Source: a virus
IMG/VR virus record: IMGVR_UViG_3300013093_000020
Reading direction: 5' to 3' (one strand)
Length of the DNA: 64,000 bases
Below are positions 1 to 7,441 of the stretch, one piece after another (the first letter of the stretch is position 1; each line of letters starts with the position of its first letter). The position numbers and the translations under genes are program-made. The notes below the pieces were generated by a model that was given only the letters and a program-made list of their open reading frames with translations, was not told the DNA's origin and did not search any database.

Positions 1-298
1 GGAAGCAGGCATCTTTGCATTCGCGGCGGCTATGGATGCTCAACGCCGTAATTCAAACAATAAGAGCCTTTACTCACAAGAACAGGTTCGCAAGGCAGTC
101 ACAGCAAGAGACTTGATTGATACAGCCTTTGCCTACACTAAACTCTACATCAACTATCGCAAGACATTCATTGCCGTTAAGGCAGAAGGTGCTCGCCGCA
201 AAGATAGCATGGCACGAGAAGTCCTAGCCCTGTTTGAAAGCAATGGGTATGGTGTTGTATCTACGCCACAAGGGCTTATTGTTCGAATTGACAAGTAA
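1..298 (+). CDS. Hypothetical early protein, probably 5'-truncated by the window edge
   Basis: ORF 32..298; the frame is open from position 2 to the ATG at 32 and there is no SD, so the real start is probably outside the window. Confidence 0.6.
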   Translation, partial: EAGIFAFAAAMDAQRRNSNNKSLYSQEQVRKAVTARDLIDTAFAYTKLYINYRKTFIAVKAEGARRKDSMAREVLALFESNGYGVVSTPQGLIVRIDK

Positions 299-316
299 GC
301 CCAAATCAGGTATAAT
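288..316 (+). promoter_or_regulatory. sigma70-type early promoter P1
   Basis: TTGACA (288-293), 17 bp spacer, TATAAT (311-316): perfect consensus. Confidence 0.92.
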
Positions 317-347
317 ACTAACATCAACAGCAAATAAGGAGCGAACC

Positions 348-1031
348 ATGTTTAAATTACTCAGTACAGCGAATCCCAAAATCCAAAAAGGCACCAAGCT
401 GGGCTATCTCAGCTTCATCCTACACCTTGCGCCAGCAGACTTGAGCGGCTACAATACCTGCCCTAAGGCCACAGCAGGGTGCAAGGCCTCTTGTCTTAAT
501 ACAGCAGGCCGTGGTGGCATGTTCCGCAAGGGCGAGACAACGAACATGATCCAAAAGGCTCGTATACGCAAGACTGAGTATTTCTACAAGGATCGCACCA
601 ACTTCCTAGCAGACTTGAAAGCAGACATTGAGAAGGCCATTAAGATGGCTGACAAGCTGAACTTGAAGCCAGTGTTCCGCTTGAACGGTACCAGTGACTT
701 GAGCTGGGAGAAGTACGGCATCATTGAACAGTTTCCCCAAGTACAGTTCTATGACTACACCAAGGTCTTGGGCCGTAAGATTGCTCACTTGCCCAACTAT
801 CACTTGACCTTTAGCCGTGCAGAGAACAATGAAGCTGACTGCCTTAGAGCGCTGACCGAAGGCATGAATGTGGCCACAGTGTTCGATCGGATCCCAGAAG
901 GTGTGTTTTCAGCAGACGAAACAGATCTGCGCTTCTTAGACGGCAAGAAGGGTGTTATTGGACTCAAAGCCAAAGGTCGTGCTAAGAAAGACTACAGCGG
1001 CTTCGTTATCCGCATCCAGGAGGCAGCATGA
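348..1031 (+). CDS. Gene product 88-like (Gp88 family) Cys-cluster protein
   Basis: Start reassigned from 234 to ATG 348 (downstream of P1, RBS AAGGAGCGAACC). Motifs CPKATAGCKASC, FRLNGTSD, FYDYTK, DxRFLD, GLKAKG recalled as typical of the phage gp88 family. Confidence 0.7.
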   Translation: MFKLLSTANPKIQKGTKLGYLSFILHLAPADLSGYNTCPKATAGCKASCLNTAGRGGMFRKGETTNMIQKARIRKTEYFYKDRTNFLADLKADIEKAIKMADKLNLKPVFRLNGTSDLSWEKYGIIEQFPQVQFYDYTKVLGRKIAHLPNYHLTFSRAENNEADCLRALTEGMNVATVFDRIPEGVFSADETDLRFLDGKKGVIGLKAKGRAKKDYSGFVIRIQEAA

Positions 1032-1093
1032 TATTTTGGCTGGTAGTGCTGGCAATCTTCTTGATCAAGGTGGCATTAATACAACACCTCTAG
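1028..1093 (+). CDS. 21-aa hydrophobic micro-peptide MIFWLVVLAIFLIKVALIQHL (not in the ORF track)
   Basis: ATGA overlap with the upstream stop, GGAGG SD just upstream, single TM-like stretch, fills the gap to P2. Confidence 0.5.
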   Translation: MIFWLVVLAIFLIKVALIQHL

Positions 1094-1094
1094 G

Positions 1095-1123
1095 TTGACA
1101 AGATGCTGGATCGAGACTATAAT
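1095..1123 (+). promoter_or_regulatory. sigma70-type early promoter P2
   Basis: TTGACA (1095-1100), 17 bp, TATAAT (1118-1123). Confidence 0.92.
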
Positions 1124-1156
1124 AGTATTTTAAACAGTTAACAAAGGAGCGACACT

Positions 1157-1486
1157 ATGGTAACAGCAGAACAGATCCAAACAGGCATCATCCAAGCCCG
1201 TGCAGAAGCAACCAAGTTCTTTTACGAGCGACTTGGCGGTGTTGATCAATTTGCCTGTGGTTTTGGTTGGACAGAAGTCTATGTAGATCGTACCAACTCA
1301 AAGCAGGCCAAAGAGTTGATCCGTGCAGGCTTCCGCAAGGACTACAAACCAAAATGCCTGACACTGTGGGATCCAGCAGGCTTGCCTGTACAGAATGTAG
1401 ATGTCAAAGAAGTGGGTGCCACGGCATTGGCCACATATCTACAGGCGCTGGGACTCAAGGCCTACGGTTGCAGCAGATTGGACTAA
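1157..1486 (+). CDS. Hypothetical early protein (109 aa)
   Basis: Directly behind P2, RBS AAAGGAGCGACACT-ATG. Confidence 0.8.
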   Translation: MVTAEQIQTGIIQARAEATKFFYERLGGVDQFACGFGWTEVYVDRTNSKQAKELIRAGFRKDYKPKCLTLWDPAGLPVQNVDVKEVGATALATYLQALGLKAYGCSRLD

Positions 1487-1492
1487 ATGGCG

Positions 1493-1521
1493 TTGACAGG
1501 GCCGCAAGGCCCTGTTATAAT
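1493..1521 (+). promoter_or_regulatory. sigma70-type early promoter P3 with an embedded GCAA-tetraloop hairpin
   Basis: TTGACA (1493-1498), 17 bp, TATAAT (1516-1521); ACAGGGCC-GCAA-GGCCCTGT at 1496-1515. Confidence 0.9.
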
Positions 1522-1552
1522 ATTAACTTAAATACTTTATACAGGAGCGTAT

Positions 1553-2431
1553 ATGAGCAAGGTAGTTACCAGCAAGATGTTATTGGCCCTACAGGCAGAA
1601 CACAAGAGCCTAGAGCAAGAGCCCGTAAAGAAGAACTTGAACGAAACAGACGAAGAGATCATGCAACGATTGAGCGATCGTTTTGAGATCCTAGAAGACA
1701 TGACCCGTGCTGTTAAGAAAGGCGATGTCAAAGCCATGATCGTAACTGGCCCTCCAGGAGTAGGCAAGAGCTTTGGTGTAGAGAAAGTACTCAGCAAGCA
1801 TGATGTGTTCGCTAATGTAGCACAAGACGGCAAGTTGAAGAAGTACGAAGTAGTCAAAGGTGCTATGAGTGCATTAGGACTCTACAGCAAGCTCTATGAG
1901 TACAGCGACCGGAAGTCAATACTAGTGTTCGATGACTGTGACTCAGTGCTGTTAGATGACTTGAGCTTGAACATTCTAAAGGCAGCATTGGACTCAGGCA
2001 AGCGGCGTATGATCCACTGGAACACAGACAGCAGGCTTCTTAAGGATCAGGGTGTGCCCAACAGCTTTGAGTTCAAGGGCGGTGCTATCTTTATTACCAA
2101 CATCAAGTTCGAGCACGTCAAGAGCAAGAAGCTGAAAGATCACTTGGAAGCCATTGAGTCACGCTGTCACTATCTAGACTTGACCATTGACACAGAGCGT
2201 GAGAAGCTCCTCCGTATACGACAAGTAGTACGCGACTGTGGCATGCTTGATGACTATGACTTAGAGGACTATGCCAAAGCAGAAGTAGTAGACTTCATTG
2301 CAGACAATGCGAGTCGTATGCGTGAGCTCAGCTTGCGTATGGTGCTTAAGGTAGCAGACATACGAGTAAGCATGCCTGCTAAGTGGAAGGCTGTAGCAGA
2401 AGTAACCTGTATGCGTAACACAAGAGCGTGA
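1553..2431 (+). CDS. AAA+ family P-loop ATPase
   Basis: Walker A GPPGVGKS, Walker B ILVFDDCD, FITN sensor, SR arginine finger; RBS CAGGAGCGTAT-ATG. Confidence 0.85.
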   Translation: MSKVVTSKMLLALQAEHKSLEQEPVKKNLNETDEEIMQRLSDRFEILEDMTRAVKKGDVKAMIVTGPPGVGKSFGVEKVLSKHDVFANVAQDGKLKKYEVVKGAMSALGLYSKLYEYSDRKSILVFDDCDSVLLDDLSLNILKAALDSGKRRMIHWNTDSRLLKDQGVPNSFEFKGGAIFITNIKFEHVKSKKLKDHLEAIESRCHYLDLTIDTEREKLLRIRQVVRDCGMLDDYDLEDYAKAEVVDFIADNASRMRELSLRMVLKVADIRVSMPAKWKAVAEVTCMRNTRA

Positions 2432-2440
2432 GAGTTTTAA

Positions 2441-2580
2441 GAGCCCCAAGAGGCTCAGTGTCTAGCCAACGATTCGCTCCCGGTAACTAGACACACTTAA
2501 AAGGCACCATAAGCCCGATTCGCTCCCGGCAATGCCTTTTTAGGTCCCCTGGCTACTATGTTGGTCAGGGGATTTTTTTT
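2441..2580 (+). ncRNA. Putative structured small RNA / 3'UTR RNA with two hairpins displaying the same loop (CGAUUCGCUCCC)
   Basis: Stems GTGTCTAG/CTAGACAC (2458-2494) and AAAAGGCA/TGCCTTTT (2499-2540) are unrelated in sequence but each encloses an identical CGATTCGCTCCCGG (2470-2483, 2516-2529); followed by an intrinsic terminator. Confidence 0.7.
2545..2580 (+). terminator. Rho-independent terminator closing the early region
   Basis: TCCCCTGGCTA/TGGTCAGGGGA stem (G-U pairs valid on +) followed by T8. Confidence 0.88.
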
Positions 2581-2701
2581 GGTCATCGGCATATGGTGGG
2601 GCCGGCATATATGTCTTTAACTACGGTATGCAAACTTTTGGGCATGCAAAAAGGTGGGTAAGAGCTAAAAGGCCACCATGAAAGTTTAAGTACTTTACTG
2701 C

Positions 2702-2796
2702 AATTTTTAGTGCGCCCAAAAAACTGGCCAGCTAGGACCCATTCTGGGATCAAAATTTTTTGCGCAGTATTTTTTTTTATCGTGTAGGACCCATTC
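2702..2796. repeat. Degenerate 52-bp-period direct repeat in a non-coding region
   Basis: TAGGACCCATTC at 2733 and 2785; AATTTTT..TGCGC at 2702 and 2754. Confidence 0.65.
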
Positions 2797-2832
2797 GGCT
2801 ATATACATTTATCGTACACAAGGATTGAAGCC

Positions 2833-3090
2833 ATGAATCAAAATTGTATCACAGTGCCTGCTACTAATACGCCCTATCAAGAATATATACAGCGTGATGG
2901 CCGCTACTATCGCTATGATCCAGATCTAGACTGTTTCTATCGTGTATATGATGACTCAGCTAATGCTGAATTCATTAAAAAGCATGGTTGGATTGTGTAT
3001 ACTGTGATATTGGCTGCCGTGGTATTTTGCATGGCCTGTGTGTTTATTCCCGAAGTAAATGCTTGGGTTAAAACCTTGCCCGCTGTCTAG
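2833..3090 (+). CDS. Small membrane protein (C-terminal TM helix)
   Basis: AAGGA SD; hydrophobic segment WIVYTVILAAVVFCMACVFI. Confidence 0.7.
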   Translation: MNQNCITVPATNTPYQEYIQRDGRYYRYDPDLDCFYRVYDDSANAEFIKKHGWIVYTVILAAVVFCMACVFIPEVNAWVKTLPAV

Positions 3091-3309
3091 ATGGACACTC
3101 ACTTGATTATTCCCCGATTGATCACTGCTGTACTCAGCATATTCCAAGCTGCCAGCCTGCGTGATCGTCTTTATCAGTCCCAACAGCGTGTAGAAGTCTT
3201 GACTCTAGCTCTAGAAGACATTGAGCGTATAAATGCCAATTCTGCCAATCCCAATGCACTTATAGCAGGTATCTGCTCGAATTGTGTTACTCAGCGTCGG
3301 GACGGCTGA
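3091..3309 (+). CDS. Hypothetical protein (72 aa), coiled-coil-like
   Basis: Abuts the previous stop and ends exactly where the convergent gene ends. Confidence 0.5.
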   Translation: MDTHLIIPRLITAVLSIFQAASLRDRLYQSQQRVEVLTLALEDIERINANSANPNALIAGICSNCVTQRRDG

Positions 3310-3945
3310 TCACAAAGTCCACGCTTGATTGGCAGCAAACAGTTCATTAACAGCTTCGTTGGTACGCTGATATTCTGTGGCCACACCCTCTAAGCTCACA
3401 TGCCAAGCATAGAATTTAGTCTTGGGATACTCTTGTTTAAGCTCTAAAAAGCTGGTTAAATTAGGCACAGCATCATCATACATTATGGCCTTGGTATAAC
3501 TGTGTTGATTCAGCAAGTCTCTGATGATCTTCTTTTTCTTTTCTTCTGTCTGCATACGGCCTGTGATATTACCTGCACGATACACATGTACACGATTCAT
3601 GTCTACTCCATATTTGCGGAATGTGTCCAAGAACAGTTCACGATCGTTGAAGTCTGCACGAGCAGTAACCATTACTACCCGATTGCCAGTAGCAATGTCT
3701 TGTTTAAGCTGATCAATCATGGGTATAATTGGGCGGGCGTTGGCAAAAAATTCTCTGGCATCACGGAAATCACCAAAGTCAAATTCTTCTCCGGGTTTCA
3801 GCTTGTAGTGTGTAAATTCGTGGCTGTTTAAGCTGTGCTGACGTTGACCATGCTGTAACACATGCACACGAGTCTGTGTATGCACTAAGGTGTCATCTAT
3901 GTCAAATATCACCAGTTTGGTGGGCTTTATTTCGTGGGCTCGCAT
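3310..3945 (-). CDS. HAD-superfamily phosphatase (PseT/polynucleotide 3'-phosphatase-like)
   Basis: Motif I FDIDDTL, motif II VTAR, Lys patch, motif IV MYDD...NL; likely start ATG 3945 (TGATG overlap), N-terminus MRAHEI. Confidence 0.85.
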   Translation of the reverse strand: MRAHEIKPTKLVIFDIDDTLVHTQTRVHVLQHGQRQHSLNSHEFTHYKLKPGEEFDFGDFRDAREFFANARPIIPMIDQLKQDIATGNRVVMVTARADFNDRELFLDTFRKYGVDMNRVHVYRAGNITGRMQTEEKKKKIIRDLLNQHSYTKAIMYDDAVPNLTSFLELKQEYPKTKFYAWHVSLEGVATEYQRTNEAVNELFAANQAWTL

Positions 3946-4883
3946 CAGTCGTCCTTGTAGGGCAGCCATGCTGGCCGTTGATTGGGATCATAGGGCTTGA
4001 CGGTGCGCGGTTTCTTTGCGGGAAAATTAGTGGGTGGTGGTGTGCTGGCCACACTAGATCCAGCATCGGTGATTGAATGTATTTCAGCACTTTCCCGTGC
4101 GGCCCATTCTTCAGCGGCTCGTTGGCTGGGAAAATACTGGCTGAACAGTCTGTAGGTGCCAGCACGGCGATCATACCAACGCACTCCAGCAATAACAGGT
4201 CGCTCAATGGTTTGTACAGCAGTCTTTTCAGCTGCGGGTATCAGTGCTTTGACTCCGGTCTTGACCACATCGCCGGCCCAGCCTTCTTGTTGGGGAGCAG
4301 GATTACCTGCGGTGCTGTAGTTGCGCACAGCGGCACGAGCATTGGCAGCGCCTTGATGTCCTGTGATGCGCTGTCGGCCTTGATTGATCAGCGTGCCCAG
4401 GGCCTGTACGATCATGTTTTTAAGTTCAACTAAACGCTGTTGTGTACCACTGGGATCGCGCTGTAGATCTAGAGCCAGTGATGCAGGCTGCCCAGTTCGA
4501 CTGTCTACATAGACTCCGGCATAGGCATCGTTGGTGATCATGCCAGCCATTAGGGCTAGACTGGTCAAAGGTGGTGTAAAAGCTGATGCTGCTGTCATGG
4601 CACTGTCAGCATAGTTGCCCTGTGCTAGATCCCATGCGGCCCAGGTCAGTGTTAGTATAGTGCCTAGTCCAGGAATAGACCCCGCAGCTGACTGTGCCAG
4701 TTTAGGCAAGTTGCGCTTGATTATGGCGGGAATCACCTGTTCAGCATTAGTGACCAAGGTGCTGAAAGCTCGGTATTGGCCCACTTGACCAGCTACGCCT
4801 TGTGCGGCCTGCGCACCCGCTTGATTGGTTTTAGGATAGTGCAGTTGATTAGTGTCTTCGCTGACGATTTCGATAATTCTCAT
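3945..4883 (-). CDS. Hypothetical Ala/Gly-rich helical protein, possibly an internal head/ejected protein
   Basis: ORF 3945..4889; ATG 4883 lies 7 nt after TATAAATA; N-terminus MRIIEIVSE; hydrophobic helical hairpin IPGLGTILTLTWAAWDLAQG. Confidence 0.65.
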   Translation of the reverse strand: MRIIEIVSEDTNQLHYPKTNQAGAQAAQGVAGQVGQYRAFSTLVTNAEQVIPAIIKRNLPKLAQSAAGSIPGLGTILTLTWAAWDLAQGNYADSAMTAASAFTPPLTSLALMAGMITNDAYAGVYVDSRTGQPASLALDLQRDPSGTQQRLVELKNMIVQALGTLINQGRQRITGHQGAANARAAVRNYSTAGNPAPQQEGWAGDVVKTGVKALIPAAEKTAVQTIERPVIAGVRWYDRRAGTYRLFSQYFPSQRAAEEWAARESAEIHSITDAGSSVASTPPPTNFPAKKPRTVKPYDPNQRPAWLPYKDD

Positions 4884-4890
4884 AGTCACT

Positions 4891-4908
4891 TATTTATAGT
4901 GATAAGTA
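4891..4908. promoter_or_regulatory. Back-to-back T4-like late promoters
   Basis: TATAAATA on - (4891-4898) and a TAAGTA variant on + (4903-4908), each a few nt before an ATG. Confidence 0.7.
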
Positions 4909-4912
4909 ATGT

Positions 4913-5110
4913 ATGGATCAATATTCAGCGTCAGTAAACACAGTACAACCTGGGGTCAGTCCGGTGGGATCGCTTCAAGATCGTGATCATCAACAGTTGC
5001 GGGATCATGTGCGCAGGCTAGAATCAGAACTGGCCTTACAGCGTAGGCACATGCGACGACTGGAAGCTGTCATAGAAGAACTACGAAGCAGAGTCAACGG
5101 CAGAGACTAA
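4913..5110 (+). CDS. Small coiled-coil protein
   Basis: Heptad pattern LRDHVRRLESELALQRRHMRRLEAVIEELR; fills the gap between - strand genes. Confidence 0.65.
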   Translation: MDQYSASVNTVQPGVSPVGSLQDRDHQQLRDHVRRLESELALQRRHMRRLEAVIEELRSRVNGRD

Positions 5111-5364
5111 CTGTACTCTAATAAGAACAAGGTACGATGTTTGTCGTATTTAAAAGCCACTGATATGTCGTAGCAGTCTGTGGCCATGTTCCAAGCCCAA
5201 CGGCTGTACTTGCTGCCCACATACTGCTGCAGCCAAAATTCAACTCCGGTGATGCCCACGATCCAATCAAGTTGCTCAAGAGCTCGTCCCGGCCATGCTA
5301 TGTTAGCTATGTACTCAAAGTCATGTAGCACTGGAACATAATCCCAGTTACGATAAGTGGGCAT
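5107..5364 (-). CDS. Hypothetical aromatic-rich protein (85 aa)
   Basis: TAAATA 4 nt before the ATG; stop overlaps the convergent stop. Confidence 0.7.
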   Translation of the reverse strand: MPTYRNWDYVPVLHDFEYIANIAWPGRALEQLDWIVGITGVEFWLQQYVGSKYSRWAWNMATDCYDISVAFKYDKHRTLFLLEYS

Positions 5365-5390
5365 ACAGTATTTAATGCTATCGCACCAAA

Positions 5391-5480
5391 TCTTCCGCTT
5401 ACGCTTCGCGTAGCTATTAATCTACCGCTGCAGCTTCGCTGATCTAAAATTTTTCCGCTGCCGCTTCGCGATCTAAGCTC
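5391..5480. repeat. Three 30-bp direct repeats, each carrying a GCGAAGC mini-hairpin on the - strand
   Basis: Units start at 5391, 5421 and 5451 with consensus CCGCTknnGCTTCGC; inverted repeats TACGC-TTC-GCGTA, CAGC-TTC-GCTG, CGC-TTC-GCG. Confidence 0.85.
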
Positions 5481-6120
5481 GTCCGACTTGAACTGGAGCA
5501 TTTACACGGCTTACGATATCACTGGTAACTGCTTGTACTATGTCAGCGTGACCGGCCTGTGAAGTCTTTGGTGTGCCGCCTTTGGGCTTATAACCACCTT
5601 TGACTTGACCGTTGAGTTCGTCGGGATTGTAGTAGTTAACATATGGCCCGCGGATACTGCCTTCTATGGCGGAGAGTTCACCTGCATGCGGTGCTATCAG
5701 TATGGTCAATGTTGGTGGGGGGTTTGATACTTTGCTGAGCTGTATGGCTGTACTAGCGCCTTTTGAATAACCTATGACGTACAAGAATTTAGGTTTCTTT
5801 TGTGCTATCAACTGCTGTGCGTTCTGTATCTGTGTGTACTGCAAGGCAACACCATTGAGCTTTTGTGCCAAGGTAGCACAGTCCATGTTGCCCTTGAACT
5901 GATCCCCATGCATGCCTTTGAATACGATAACCAGTTTATCTTCTGAGTTAGCAGATGTAGTTGAGTCTTTACCACCGCCGGGTGTGGCGTTATTTGCTGC
6001 CACCTTTGGCGGATCGCTGGGAGTTACTGGTTGGCCATTGTCGTTACGATCTACACCGTCACCGGGTGTTTGTCCCCAGTTGTGCCATTCTATTTCACTT
6101 AATATTTCTCTTACTCGCAT
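5473..6120 (-). CDS. alpha/beta-hydrolase (lipase/esterase-like) with an N-terminal MRVREILSE leader and low-complexity linker
   Basis: Nucleophile elbow VIGYSKGA (GxSxG), candidate Asp in NPDE, candidate His in AGHADI. Confidence 0.65.
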   Translation of the reverse strand: MRVREILSEIEWHNWGQTPGDGVDRNDNGQPVTPSDPPKVAANNATPGGGKDSTTSANSEDKLVIVFKGMHGDQFKGNMDCATLAQKLNGVALQYTQIQNAQQLIAQKKPKFLYVIGYSKGASTAIQLSKVSNPPPTLTILIAPHAGELSAIEGSIRGPYVNYYNPDELNGQVKGGYKPKGGTPKTSQAGHADIVQAVTSDIVSRVNAPVQVGRA

Positions 6121-7430
6121 TATGCTATCCTATACCATGTTGTTGCTGATGCACGATACACATACTTAAATGCTGAACCGTTACTTACAGGTTGTGAATA
6201 TGATGTCACAGCTGGAATTACAACACCTGTACCTGCTAGGAGATTTAGATTACCTCCAGCTAGGCTAAAGCTAGTGATCTGCCCATCTATGGGACTTGAT
6301 GGGAAATTGATAAAACAGCTTTGATTGGCTTGAGTAGTTATCACTAGGACATTATGGCTCAGCGTTGAACTCAGTGTGGCTACATTGCTGGCACTGACCA
6401 CTGATATGTAGTTGACCTGTTTGTTTTCCAGGGGGTTAAGGCTGATCTGCCCAACCGATCCTGTGGTACTAGATACCTGTATTGTAGTGCCGTCTAGGCT
6501 TACACCCCCGAGACTACCTGCTGTTAAGTTGGCTGCTGGTAGCGTATATGAATATGTGGCTGTGGCAACTCCATTATTGACTACTATACTAGTGCCATCT
6601 ACTTTGATACCACCTAGGGTGAACTGACTGGCAGTGGGCAGAGTGTAGGCCGTAGCTGATATAACGCCACCACTTATAGTAATCGAAGATCCGTCTATCC
6701 TCACACCACCTGTGACCGAGACTGATGCTGTGGGCAACACATAGGCTGAGCTTTGTATGCTGCCATCTTGGAATGTTATGGCTCCTGATCCGCCTTGAGT
6801 TAACACCAAGTTAGTGGCATTCAGCGTACCAAATGTTGGGCCACCTGCGGCTGCTCCTACTACCCATGTTACTGCCTGCGTGAATGTTTGCCCAGCGGAA
6901 TCTACCACAGTCAGCGTTAAAGTACCTGAGCCTGCCACCGTAGGCGTACCTGATAAAGTAATGCTGGGCACTGAATTTAGTGTGCCCAAGAACATGCCTG
7001 TGGGATATATGCCGGTCACCGCAGTAAAGCTATAGGGTGCTAGGCCGCCTGTGGGCACAAATGTTATGGCCAAACTGTTGCCAGTGACTGCTAGGAAACT
7101 TGTAGGAGTTAGGCCTGTAAGTGCAGGTGCTGTGACTCCGGGCCATGATATGGTTATATTATAGTAGACTTGTGTGTCTGTCAACGGTACAGCATCATTA
7201 GGTAATGCGCTGAGGTTATAACCATTTGTGGTCATCAGACTCTGGATGGCAGTATAGTCTGCCTTGGTCCAACGCACCTGTGTTGAAGTATGATTTAGCT
7301 CGCTTTGTTGCTGAATCTGATTAAACACCCATTGATATTGCTCAATCAAGGTCTGCTGAGCAGCCAGGGCTGTGGCTGCGGCATTGGTGGTAATGTTTGT
7401 GGTAGCTTGTGTGGCAGTGAACAGGGCCAT
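6120..7430 (-). CDS. Virion structural/fibre protein with an Ig-like domain and LPTAS..LGG(I/V)xxDG repeats
   Basis: GGLAPYSF..P.G...LSGTPT..G...LTVVDS putative-Ig pattern; three LP(T/A)A repeats; Thr/Ser/Gly-rich. Confidence 0.7.
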   Translation of the reverse strand: MALFTATQATTNITTNAAATALAAQQTLIEQYQWVFNQIQQQSELNHTSTQVRWTKADYTAIQSLMTTNGYNLSALPNDAVPLTDTQVYYNITISWPGVTAPALTGLTPTSFLAVTGNSLAITFVPTGGLAPYSFTAVTGIYPTGMFLGTLNSVPSITLSGTPTVAGSGTLTLTVVDSAGQTFTQAVTWVVGAAAGGPTFGTLNATNLVLTQGGSGAITFQDGSIQSSAYVLPTASVSVTGGVRIDGSSITISGGVISATAYTLPTASQFTLGGIKVDGTSIVVNNGVATATYSYTLPAANLTAGSLGGVSLDGTTIQVSSTTGSVGQISLNPLENKQVNYISVVSASNVATLSSTLSHNVLVITTQANQSCFINFPSSPIDGQITSFSLAGGNLNLLAGTGVVIPAVTSYSQPVSNGSAFKYVYRASATTWYRIA

Positions 7431-7441
7431 GGTAGTCCTTT

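Noticed and set aside
234-347. 38-codon N-terminal extension of the gp88-like ORF
   Set aside because: It lies upstream of and across promoter P1 and overlaps the previous gene; ATG 348 has the SD
2461-2540. Two identical 14-mers as a mini-CRISPR array
   Set aside because: Repeats are too short, there are only two, they sit in hairpin loops, and there are no cas genes in the window
3088-3093. In-frame TAG-ATG junction suggesting readthrough or stop-codon recoding
   Set aside because: Single case; conserved genes are full length in the standard code and TAG ends other genes normally
5307-5501. 64-aa ORF across the 30-bp repeat array
   Set aside because: Overlaps both neighbours, has no SD or promoter, and the repeat shows base-pair covariation rather than codon-type conservation
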